Source: the human T2T-CHM13v2.0 reference genome, Homo sapiens
Assembly: GCF_009914755.1 (NCBI RefSeq)
Contig: NC_060939.1
DNA: 64,000 nucleotides
Direction: 5' to 3' (one strand)
Shown: positions 1 to 13,674 of the stretch, piece after piece
Layout: the number at the start of each line of letters is the position of its first letter
Numbering within the stretch: position 1 is the first letter of the stretch
Program-made: the position numbers and the translations under genes
Notes under the pieces: model-generated
Seen by the model: the letters and a program-made list of their open reading frames with translations, nothing else
What the model was told of the DNA's origin: nothing
Databases searched by the model: none

Positions 1-129
1 GTATTTTCTGGATACTAGGCCAGATCTGTCATTTGCAAATGTTTTCTGTCATCCTGTGGGTTGCCTTAAGTATACATTCAAACTAGTACCTTTCACTAGA
101 ATATTATGCTCTTGGTCAGCCACAAAGGG

Positions 130-240
130 TAGTGCTCTGAAACTCTACCAAAGAACAGTTGTATCTTTGCATCACCAGCACCTGGGTGAGCACCTGGCAT
201 AAAGTAGGAACCGGTGATTTGAGTAAATAAATGAATGTTT
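130..240 (+). mobile_element. L2 3' end fragment
   Basis: cacctggcataaagtagg...aataaatgaatg resembles the L2 3' terminus. Confidence 0.55.
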
Positions 241-2334
241 CTGTTTGCCACCTTTTGAGAGTAAAAATGGGTGTGGTAAGATAGACAGAAATGGATAATG
301 AATTGCTGAGCCAAACCACAGAGGCAAAGATGCAGGATTGCATGCTAAAGCACCTTGTATCTGGCTATGATGTTCAAGATCAATGAAAGACTGGAGTGCA
401 GATCAGGGATTGCACCTGTGTTTCTGATGCAGTAAATATACTTTTCCGAAATCAATAGGGTGACTCTGCAGAGCCCTGTAAACATGGTGTAATTACTGTG
501 CTGAGAATTACAGTTGTCACATATCGATTCTGTCTTCTCAGCAGGTATTCGTACATTTCCTCCTGCCCCTAGTGCCACTCTGCCCCATCTCCAAAATCTA
601 ATTCCCATTGACCGCATCACACTGCTGTGTCCAGGAGGGAAGAGGGGATGTAATGTAGTGAGGGGACTTCAGCTGTACCTTCACCTTGGTTGAGGAAGAG
701 GCAGCTGAGTGAGTCACAGATTTAGGGACAAGGTGGCACAAAGTTGCTCTGAAAATTAGATCAAAGAATCCCAAGAAGTAGATAGGCATCAACCTCAGTG
801 GAAGCTGCCTCGGGAAATAACCTGCTCAAAGAAGGATTTCTCATTCTTCAGAGTAGACTAGGAGGGAGGCTTCCTTAATCCTGGAAACAAGGCCCAGGTC
901 ATCCCTGCAGAGGAAACATCTATATATAAAGTGGCTAACGTAAGATAAACTGTCATCTTAGAAAGCATCATTCACTGACTCGCTCATTCGCTCACTCGTT
1001 TGTTCTAACCTTCACTGAATAGACACTTGTGTTCTTGGTGTGTTGCAGGAGGGAACTATGCTATGGCTGGGGCGATGAGTGAAGTACAGCCTCTGCCCTC
1101 GAGGAGCTTGTGTTCTCCCAGGAGACACAGGCAGTGAGGCTAGAGTGCAGAGATGAACCACCAGAGGTGGTGAATGCGGTGGGGGGAGGAATGGTGTCAG
1201 GCCTCTTGGGGAGGCTTAGGAGAGTTACCCACAGGAAGGGAGAGCCTGCCAGGAGGAGTAGGTGTTTGTCAGGCAGACCGGGTGTGCCAGGCAGAGGGGA
1301 GCCGCTCATGTTGGGGCCTGCACTCACAGAACTACAGGGCGTGGAAGGGAACTGCGCGAAGCCTGGTATGATGGAGGCAGTTGGCTGCCACCCAGGAGTG
1401 GGGAAAGTGAGGTTGGCAGTGGGAATTTCCCACCTCTGTTTACCTCTGCTTTGAGGGGGTGGGGCTGGCAGGAGATTCCAGAGGGAGCATCCCAGGCTCT
1501 GAGGGCTGGTCTCAGTGTGGGTGGGAACACTTCCCACACTGCTGTGACTCTGGGGTGATTGCCGTGCTCCTGTATCCGAACACCCGTCTCCATCCAACAG
1601 TGTCTTGTGTTGATTCGTCTTTGGAACTATATCTTCCTTCTGAGGTGGAGGATGGGAATGGATTGATTGGAACAGTGAATGGTTCTCAGACTTTTCATTC
1701 TCAGGACTCTTACAGATACTGAGGCACTCCACAGATCTTGTTTTTAAATAGGGGTATGTCTATGGATATTTACTGTATTAGAAATTAAAACTGAGGATAC
1801 ACAGGTGTGTGTTCTGTTAGCCATGGGCGATGTCTTCACAGAGCATGTAGAAACCCCCACTCATGAGGGAAAGATTGAGAAAGGCACATACAGTCTGTGA
1901 AGATAGTTTTGACCTCCTAGACCTCTCTGCTCAAGGGTGTTAGAGACAGACCCCTAGGGGTTTCTGAACCACGCACTGAGAATTCCATTGGATTAGAAGC
2001 TGTGCGGGTGCCCCTACGTTCTCACTTGTCTCTGAGCCCTTTGTGAGTTTCTCAGGATAAACCATCCACCCATGGAAGTGGCAGATCCTGAATGCCATCT
2101 GCAGGACGGGCACTGTGCTGAGCCTCAGCCAGGCGGAGACGGGCGGGTACTGCACAGAGTGAGGCAGTCAGAAGTCCTGCCCTCTGCAGTTTCCAGGGGC
2201 CCAACATTCAATAAATTGTTGCAGAAGCAAATATTTACCTCACCACTGGGAGAGGGCTGTGTGGGAGAGTGATGAACAGCCTACCTGGTCAGGTGCCCCG
2301 CAGGCTTTCCTGAGAAGTGAATCCAGGCGCAGAA

Positions 2335-2389
2335 GGAAGAGGAAGTGGAAGTTGGTGGGGAAGAGGAAGTGGAAGTTGGCGGGGAAGAG
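2335..2389 (+). repeat. 24-bp tandem duplication carrying ETS/PU.1 motifs
   Basis: ggaagaggaagtggaagttgg(t/c)gg x2 plus a partial third copy. Confidence 0.9.
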
Positions 2390-2648
2390 TGTTGCAGGTC
2401 CAGGAAGTGGCCCATATATGATTTTTATCAGGGTGGAGCCCCTGTGGTTAGAGCCCAATGAGTGAGGGGGGTAAAGATGGGGAGAGGGGTTGACCTGCGA
2501 AGCACCCTCTGCTTCCTCCTTCCTTCTCCAACAGCAAGGATCCGAGGGGAAGGAGTCCATCACTGGCCTAGACACCATACCCTGAACCGCCCCCCGTGGT
2601 CTCCCGCTGCTTTCTGCCACTGCCCAAGGGCTGGACAGCACCACCCCT

Positions 2649-2668
2649 CCTAATTCCTAGGAATTAGG
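2649..2668. repeat. Perfect 20-bp palindrome
   Basis: cctaattcctaggaattagg equals its own reverse complement. Confidence 0.95.
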
Positions 2669-2849
2669 CCCTTCTTGGCTCTGTGCCCTGAGCCATGTTC
2701 TCCTCTTGGCCTTGGGCTCTGATCAGATGCTCAGTTGTCTCCCTTCTCTGCTTCCCTCACTTGCCAGGGTCACCTTGTCGTCCTCTGCCTCCTATTGTAT
2801 ATATCCCTTTCATAAGAATAATAGCCCATCCTCACACTGTGAGCCACTG

Positions 2850-3437
<588 letters not shown>

Positions 3438-4535
3438 TGAACACATAGTAGGAGCTCATTAGAAATTTGACACATGAAATCATCTTTGTATTCCCTCTTC
3501 ATGGCCATCATGTCTTGTGCATATACCATTAATAAAGAAACAAGTAATTGGACCAATAAGCAAAACAAACAGCAGTGACTGCCACGTATTAGCGTGTTTG
3601 GAATCTGTAATTACCAGCTTTCTTTAGGGCAGAGGTGTGAGTTCATAATGCCTAGACAGGTTCTAAAACCATCCTGGTCCCTGGTGAATATGCCAACAGA
3701 AGGTATTGTTTTTACTATTATTACTGTTATTAAAAGCAAAAGCCTCTTGGGATGTGTACATTCCAAGCCCAGGGCTGGGGCTGTTAGTTCCCAGCAAGGA
3801 CAAGATGAGGAGGGAGTGATTCTCAAGGAGGTGATCAGAAGACCCATCCCCTGGGCGTGCACTGGGGTCAGAGGCCAGCTTTTGGAAAAGGAAAATGAGC
3901 TAAGGTCTGGCTATTGTAATTCCCTTATCTCTGACTTCCTGCTGAGGCTGGTTGGTTTCTGGCGTTCTACAGAATTCCCTGGTGGCTTCTCAGCAGCAGG
4001 CCTGAGACCCAGAACCAGTGATCATGTTTGTGAGCAAATGACTGAGGAGGATTTGATGCGAAATGGGCTGTGAGTGTTGGGGATAAAGCGTGACTCTCAG
4101 TTGTGCTACTTTTTACCACTTCTGGGCAGCCTCAGTTGGCCCGCTCTGTGGGTTTTTCCCTCCAGCTTTGCAGATCTGCAGGCATATTTATTTGTGAGTG
4201 GAGTAAGCGGAATTTTTCAAAGAGAAGCAGTTTGCAAAAGATGAAAAAACAACTTGGGATAAATGGCTCATCTGGCAATGGGAAATGGCCTCCGGCATTG
4301 AGAGATCTTTAGCCTTGTCTGAGCAAGCAGAGGGGAATTTGGCTTCTGTATCATCTTAGAGAAAGAACCTTTCTGCCTCCTTGCTGAGGCTAGGCCCTGG
4401 GGAGAAACAGCCTAAAACCCCCGACACCATTTGAGAATTTAAAAGTTTCCCTGTCCAGTCAACTTTTGTGCCCCTCCTTGTCCAAGCCCCCATGATCTCT
4501 GTTCCCTGGACTTGCTGTGGCCTTGCCTTGCCTTC

Positions 4536-5188
4536 TTTTTTTTTTTTTTTTCTTTTTTTTGCGATGGATTCTCGCTCTGTCACCCAGGCTGGAGTGCAGT
4601 GATGTGATCTCAGCTCACTGCAGCCTCCACCTCCTGGGTTCAAGCGAATCTTCTGCCTCAGCCTCCCAAGGTTGGGACTACAGGCGCGCGCCACCATGCC
4701 TGGCTAATTTATTTATATATATATATATAGTATATATAATATATAGTATATATTATATATATACTATATATTATATATACTATATATAATATATAGTATA
4801 TATATTATATATACTATATAATATATAGTATATATATTATATATATAATATATAGTATATATAATATATAATATATAGTATATATATAATATATACTATA
4901 TATTATATATATACTATATAGTATATATAATATATATAATATATATACTATATATTATATATATACTATATAGTATATAATATATATATAATATATATAC
5001 TATATAGTATATATATAATATATAGTATATATAATATATATAATATATATACTATATATTATAATATATATATATATTTTTTTTTTTAGTAGAGACGGGG
5101 TTTTACTGTGTTTGCCAGGCTGGTCTCAAACCCCTGACTTCATATGATCCGCTGGCTAGGATGACAGGCATGAACCACCGGACCTGGC
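4536..5188 (-). mobile_element. AluS with expanded AT-rich linker and ~20-bp left-arm deletion
   Basis: Right arm 4536-4710 and left arm ~5087-5188, separated by an AT array. Confidence 0.9.
4714..5076. repeat. AT-rich quasi-palindromic minisatellite
   Basis: Units tatataatatatagta and its reverse complement tactatatattatata are interspersed. Confidence 0.95.
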
Positions 5189-5249
5189 TGCCTCCTTGAC
5201 TTCTAACTGAAAACCCTTCTGTCTCTTCTGTAGATTTCAGCCGCCAATG

Positions 5250-5860
5250 TGGTCTCAAAAGTACAGGGCAAATCCATTCCCATCACACCTGCAATCAAAG
5301 CCTCCGGTGCTTCACTCAGAGTGAAAGCTCATCTTCCTGTGGCCCATGAGGCCCTCTGTGATGGGGTCAGTCTGCCTTCCCCACCTTCTTTCCTGGTGGC
5401 ATCTTCTTGCTTTCTCAGCTGCAGCCACACTGGCTCTGTTGTTCCTCACATGGATCAAGCTCAGTTCCCACCTCAGGGCCTTTACATTTTGCTGTTCCCT
5501 CTACCTGGTTCACTTTCCCCAGATATCCTCCTGGCTCTCCTTCATTTGGTTCAGGGCTTTGCTCAGATACTACCTTATCAGAAAGGCCCTTCCTATTGGC
5601 CTTATGTAAAGTTGTATCCCTGTTGTCATGCCTGTACTCTGTCCCCCATACTCAGCTTTATTTTTCTCCATAGAACTTAGCCCCACCAGATGTAGTATTA
5701 ATACATGCTTCATTAATTAGATATATAGTTTCTGTCCCACTACACCAAAATGTAAGCATCATAAAGACGAGGACTTCATTCAGTTCAGTGCTATATTCCC
5801 AGTGCATAAAGCATGGCCTGGCACATAACAGGTACTCACCAGGTCTTTGTCATATAAATG
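5250..5860 (+). mobile_element. L2 3' region
   Basis: cctcagggccttt...gctgttccctctacctgg...cctggcacataacagg. Confidence 0.75.
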
Positions 5861-5886
5861 AAAGGGAACGACTGAGTCTCCATATA

Positions 5887-6245
5887 CATTTGATCCATGA
5901 ACAACATGGGTTTGAACTGCATGGACCCGCCTCTATGCAGATTTTTTTCAATAAATATATTGGAAAAATTGTTTGGAGATTTGCAACAATTTGAGAAAAC
6001 TTGCAGATGAATTATGTAGCCTAGGAATATTGAAAAAATTAAGAAATTTAGGTATGTCATGAATGCATAGAATATATGTTGATACTAGTCTATGTATTAA
6101 TTGACTGTTTATGTTATTGGTGAGGCTTCCAATTATCACTATTAGTAGTTAAGTTTTTGGGGAGTCAAAATTTATAGTCAGTGTTTTACTGTGTGTGTTG
6201 GGGTGGAGGGTGACCCTGTCGCCTGTGTTATTCCAGGATCAACCG
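5887..6245. mobile_element. TcMar-Tigger non-autonomous element (Tigger2-type TIR)
   Basis: Ends resemble CAGTTGACCCTTGAACAAC...TCAAGGGTCAACTG, flanked by TA. Confidence 0.75.
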
Positions 6246-6309
6246 TACTTCATTTTGTATTCATCTACCATGTGTCTGGATCCCACACTCACTCAGCATT
6301 TCTGCATTT

Positions 6310-6500
6310 GATGTCATGGAGCAAAGATGGGCACTGGATTTGGGCAGCCCCGCGTTTGAATGCCGCCTCTCCCATTTCCCAGTCGGGTAATGCTGGGCAA
6401 GTTAACTTCCTGTCTGATCCTTCATTTCTTCACTTGCAGAATGGAGAGCATATGCCTCACCTTGAGGGCTGTTGGAGGAATGGAGGTTTGGGTGCTCAGT
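6310..6500 (+). mobile_element. MIR SINE
   Basis: gggcaagttaacttcctgtctg...tttcttcacttgcagaatgg core. Confidence 0.55.
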
Positions 6501-6609
6501 ATTTATTAGCCCTTATACTACATTAATTTGGTGTTAGGCAAACAGAGGAAAGCCTTCTTAAAAAACAGCTTTACCAAGATAAAATTCATATACTATAAAA
6601 TTTGCCCCA

Positions 6610-8390
<1,781 letters not shown>

Positions 8391-8637
8391 CAACCTCTTA
8401 TTGGATACATCCAAGCCAGTTCCGGGATGCCTTCTCTCTGTGGTGTCCCAGATCGTCCTGTAGCTCCTAAACTCGTTCCTTTCAAATTAAGAACATATTT
8501 TGAGAGAGCTATTTTACTTATCTCAGCAGACATTCTTTTGATACAGGAGTAATTTATTCTTTTCTCACTATTTCATATGACTAGCTGGTTATTCACTTGA
8601 TTTTGCCACCTGCAGTACCCCTTCTTTGCTCATCCTA

Positions 8638-8877
8638 CAGGTTGTCTCTTATCCAAAATGCTTGGGATGAGAAGTGTTTCAGATTTTGGATTTTTTCAGA
8701 ATTTTGAATATTTGCATTATATATAGTCACTTACAAGTTGAGCACCCCAAATCCAAAAATCCAAAATCTGAAATGTTCCAATGAGCATTTCCTTTGAGTG
8801 TCATGTCAGCACTCAAAAGGATTTGTATTTTGGAGCATTTTGGATATCAGATTTTTGGATTAGAAATGCTCCACCTG
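8638..8877. mobile_element. Tigger4a (MER46/Zombi)
   Basis: TA-caggttg...aaatgcttggga...gctccacctg-TA. Confidence 0.85.
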
Positions 8878-9509
8878 TAGCCTGATGTTCCGGATGCCTC
8901 TGTCAGACCATAGTCTGCTCAACCATGAGGCTTTATTTTACTCCGCTCTCAGGACGTTACTCTCTCCCTTGAGTGGCCCTTTTCTGAATGAAATTTGCCA
9001 TTCTGCTCCGAGAGGACCCTTGACTTTAAGCATACTTGTCTGAAACGTGATTTTTGAATACTTAGTTTATCTCATTCTAGTCAATTTATCTCCTAATTGC
9101 ATTATCTATTATCCCAGTAGAATTATGAAGCATTTGTAGAAGATTCATTAATTTTTGGCTGCCTGCTGGCAAGGATTTGATAACAAAGGCATAGTCAGGA
9201 CTGCCTTGGCAAGTACTTGTGTTTGAACTTTTGAGGCTTTCTCTTCCCATTTTCCCAAAGGAAGGCTTGATTTTCCTGATTTTGCCTGAAGGGCATAGGC
9301 AATAGTGGCGTGTTGTCTTGAAGGAGAGGGAAGAATGGTGGGGCAGAAGAACAGCTCTCTGGTTCTACTCTGAGGAAAGGAAAACAGGGCATATGTCAGG
9401 CAATGAGGTTGATTAAAAACATCTCAGTCCAAGGTGTGTGGGATTCCAGAGATGAGTCATATCTCACACTCATAGGCACTTTTCAGTGTATTTTCCCCTA
9501 CAGTGTATT

Positions 9510-9830
9510 GCAAATCCTACCTCAGGGCCTTTGCACTTGCTCTCTGGCTTCATTCAGGCCCCTGCTTGTGGGTCTTCCCATCAGAGAGGCCTTCCCTGAA
9601 TACCCTTCCCCTACTCATCTGCCACCTTTACTCTTAGTCGCCTTACTTGGCTTTGTTTTTCTTCACATATTGCCATCTAGCATAAAATACATTTATTTAC
9701 TTATTGTCATTCCTCACCAGAATGCCAGCTCTATGAGAGCGACCCATTCACTGTTACATGTTTAAAGCTTGAGATGGTTCTCAGAACATGGAAGGGACCC
9801 AGCACATGTGTACTGAATGAATGAATGCAT
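9510..9830 (+). mobile_element. L2 3' fragment
   Basis: cctcagggcctttgcacttgc...tgaatgaatgaatg. Confidence 0.7.
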
Positions 9831-10114
9831 TTGATTTTATGAAAACCCTGGGACAGAGGTATTATAATTCCCATCATGTGGGAGGAAACCTGGACTCAGA
9901 AGACTGGGGAGAATTATTCAAGGTCACAAAGTAGTCGCTGCTGAGTCAGAAGTTGAGCTCAGCTCTTCTGGTCCTGATGCAGCCATCTCAGGCTCGCAGG
10001 GCCCAAGAACAAACTCTGGCGGTCATACAGACAGGCTCAGAAGATGCCGCAGACTGCAGCGGGAGGTAGCATATGAGGCAGTGACTAGAGTGGACATTTT
10101 AAGAATTACAGAGC

Positions 10115-10417
<303 letters not shown>

Positions 10418-10660
10418 GAGCAAGGATTTCCTGTGGCCTGAGAAAGAAAACAGGAAACAACTGAAAGCTGGCCAAACAGCAATGGGAGAGACTTGGTGCT
10501 GAGGAGGGAAGTGGAGCCGGGGAAGGAGGAGAGAATGAGAGGTGGAAATGGCTGTGGAAGGTCCTAAGCCCAACGGAGAGCCCAGCAGTGATGTTTAGGA
10601 GCCTCTTGGTGATCTCAGGCTGTCCAGTGCACCCCATCCCCAGCAGCACACCAGATGCTT

Positions 10661-11289
10661 TGTTCCTGGACCAAACTGAGGGTCCTCGGGCTGCTTACTT
10701 TCACAACCCAATAACGAGATGCAGATGAGCTGGGAAAGGAGAGAGTTTATTTCTGGAGCCGGGTACAGGGAGAAGGCCTGGAAAACATCGCCAGACCAAC
10801 TCAAAATTACAAAGTTTTCCAGAGCTTATATACTTTCTAAGCTGTATGTCTGTGTGTAAGTGTGCATTCATCTGAAGACATAAGTGATTAACTTCTTCCA
10901 ATCTGTAACTAAGATCTGATTCCTGAAGACCTTCCTCTGGAGCCTCAGTAAATTTACTTAATCTAAATGGGTCCGGGTGCTGGGGGTGATTACCCTTGTC
11001 TCCTGCTAAATCATGGAGGTTTGGGGAGTTCCTTCAGACCCCCAATACACCTGTTTAATCCTAAATAGGTCCTGTTAAGAATTCCTTTGTTATCTTGTCG
11101 TGCTTCGAGGCCCGGGAAAGTCCTAGGCAAGATGCTTGGTGGGCTTTTGTTGCATTCCAGCCTTTGTATATGGGCACTGGCTCTTTCAGCTTTCAGCTTT
11201 TAATATTTAACTTCACCAGTCAGTCAGTGCTGAGACAGTTATTATGGAGGCTACCCTGTTCAGCTGTTAGGGAGACCAGGCCTGCCACA
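10661..11289 (-). mobile_element. Solo ERV1 LTR, LTR10B-like (HERV-I)
   Basis: Minus strand begins TGTGGCAGGCC.GGTCTC and ends GGTCCAGGAACA; 4-bp TSD gctt/gttt. Subfamily from memory. Confidence 0.7.
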
Positions 11290-11315
11290 GTTTCTCTCTC
11301 GTGAGGGTTTAACTC

Positions 11316-11337
11316 GGGGAGGGTGGGGGGGGGGGGG
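11316..11337 (+). other. G-quadruplex-forming G tract
   Basis: GGGG-A-GGG-T-G13. Confidence 0.75.
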
Positions 11338-11479
11338 CGGCAGCAGCCTGGGGCTGATTAACTCCTGAATGTTGTGCTAATGAGAAAGTGGTGTGGGTAG
11401 TGAGAACCAATGCCCCAAATAACATTTCATCTGATTGGATCACACCGTGGGATTTTATTGCAGTAGATATTAATTGTAT

Positions 11480-12036
11480 TCTGTCCAGAACTGGTTCCTT
11501 CTGGTGGGTTCTTGGTTTTGCTGACTTCAAGAATGAAGCCGTGGACCTTCGCGGTGAGTGTTACAGTTCTTAAAGATGATGCGTCTGGAGTTGTTCCTTC
11601 CGAGGTTCAGATGTGTCAGGAGTTTCTTCCTTTTGGTGGGTTCGTGGTCTCGCTGACTTCAGGAGTCATGCCACAGACCTTCGCAGTGAGTATTACAGAT
11701 CATAAAGGTAGTGCAGAACCAGACTGAGCAGCAGCAAGATTTATTGTGAAGAGCGAAAGAACAAAGCTTCCACGGCGTGGAAGGGGACCCAAGCAGGTTG
11801 CCGCTGCTATTTCGGGTGGCCAGCTTTTATTCCCTTATTTGGCCCCGCCCACATCCTGCTGATTGGTCCATTTTACAGAGTGCTGATTGGTCCATTTTAC
11901 AAAGTGCTGATTGGTGTGTTCACCATCTTTTAACTAGACCCAGAGCACTGATTGGTGCATTTACAGTCCTTTAGCTAGACACAAAAGTTCTCCAAGTCCC
12001 CACCTGACCCAGAAGCTCAGCTGGCTTCACCTCTCA
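11480..12036 (-). mobile_element. Solo LTR12 (ERV9)
   Basis: Minus strand starts TGAGAGGTGAAGCCAGCTG; four CCAATCAG repeats; perfect TSD GTAT at 11476-11479 and 12037-12040. Confidence 0.93.
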
Positions 12037-12689
12037 GTATGGGTGGGGAACCTACTTGTTTTCAGTTTATGAAAGTAGGTTTTCAGGAAAAGCAAACCTG
12101 TGGTAGAAACTTGTTGGAAATGTAATGGAACCTGGAATGTTCCATTAATCACAAGACTTCTGTGTGATTGCTCAGAGCTCTAAAAGTAGATACAACGGCC
12201 TTGTCATCTGTAATTTTTTTTTGTTTTTGGTCATTTTTAGGTGAAATATTTGATAGTGCTTTATACTTTCTACCCTTTTTAGGGCATGGTAAATGTATTT
12301 GTTCGACTGACAGCTACTGCAAGAAGCAAACCCTCACATGCATCATTGCTTTTTTTTTTTATGCTCAGGTGACTCCAGAACAGGTTTTACTAATATGTGG
12401 GCAGCTCTGTGTAGTAGCTCTTGCCATGTTAGTGTTGCTATATTTAGTTCCTCCTATTCAAGGTTGCTATGCTTGTCGGCATCAAGCAGGAGGAGAAAAG
12501 ACCCTGGTGGAAGGGGCATGGGAAGTCTTGTGGACCAGGCCGGAAGTGGCACCTCATTGGCCACAGCTCCGTCCCATCTCTGGTAGAGAAAGAGAGTTGA
12601 GCAGTGTGTTGGGAAGAAGCAGAAGCAAGCTGGGTACTAACATCCTTTAAAATTAGATAGTTTTTTTTTTTTTAATGTACTTCGAGTAT

Positions 12690-12830
12690 GTTCTAGAAAG
12701 CTATTTCCTTGGATACCTCCCTTTTGCGATGAAGAAGTGGCAGCTCACAGAATTGAGTGACTTGCTCAGGGTCACAGAGCGTCAGGTGACAGTGTGTGGT
12801 CTGGAATCCAGGCCTTATCCATTACCTTGT
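12690..12830 (-). mobile_element. MIR SINE
   Basis: gagtgacttgctcagggtcacag core. Confidence 0.55.
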
Positions 12831-13635
12831 CCCGTACTTTGTCTTTCCACGAGTTTTTGAGTGTGGCCAGCAGTCCTACCTCTAGACTTTTCTGCGTGTG
12901 CCATGCCAGCTTTTGGGAGGATTACAGTCATCACCACCATCTGAAGAGGTACTGGGGACCTCAGCTCCCCCATGACAGCAAACATACCCAGGGAGAGGGG
13001 GCTGTGGGGATACTCAGTGGATGATTAGGGTTTTTAGAATCTGTTGGGAAGGGGAAGAGGTATACATTAAAATTGAGTGCCCTAGAGAACAGGAGAATTG
13101 GAGAGAAGACACATGATTAAAGAGAAACGCATATGCAGACCCCTCTCCCACCACCAGCATCCCAGTGCTTGGGAAACCCAAAGCCAAGCCCTGGCTCCTC
13201 AGGGATCCCCAAAGGAAACATTTATCCCCCTGGATGTTTGGATGTCCCGTAATGATTTAGAGGCCTGAGATCCTGCTCAAATCCCTGGATTCTATGTGGT
13301 ATTGAAGAAGGACTTTTAAAACTAGACCTGACAGGTCCAAATAAATATCCTCCATTGTGAGGAACAATCTCATTTGGGCCTCTGAGGCTCTCTAAAAATA
13401 TCCTTCATTGACTGTTCACTTTAGAATCCAGGATTGAGACTCCCACCCCACCCCCTAACTTCCCTTCCCTTTTGTTTTTCTATGTTGCCTGCTCATCCTT
13501 CCTCCTCTCACCAGCCTGGCCTTGCCTAGGGAGTGGGAGTTGGCAGGGCTTGCCTACCAGGAGGGTTTTGTTGAGAGGCACCAAGTCCAAAGGAATCTTT
13601 TGTCTACAGGTGCACTTGAATTGTGGGCAGCCAGC

Positions 13636-13638
<3 letters not shown>

Positions 13639-13672
<34 letters not shown>
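13639..13672. repeat. (GT)17 microsatellite
   Basis: Direct reading. Confidence 0.97.

Positions 13673-13674
<2 letters not shown>

Noticed and set aside
1061-1732. Longest ORF (223 aa, minus strand) and overlapping ORFs
   Set aside because: Low-complexity Pro/Ser-rich, non-ATG start, no recognisable domain; lies in G-rich, probably L2-derived sequence
11855-11960. 24-bp periodic repeats resembling a CRISPR-like array
   Set aside because: Normal LTR12 U3 CCAAT repeats with no unique spacers; eukaryotic DNA
12168-12650. 160-aa hydrophobic ORF
   Set aside because: Non-ATG start; hydrophobicity comes from T runs; no homology recognised
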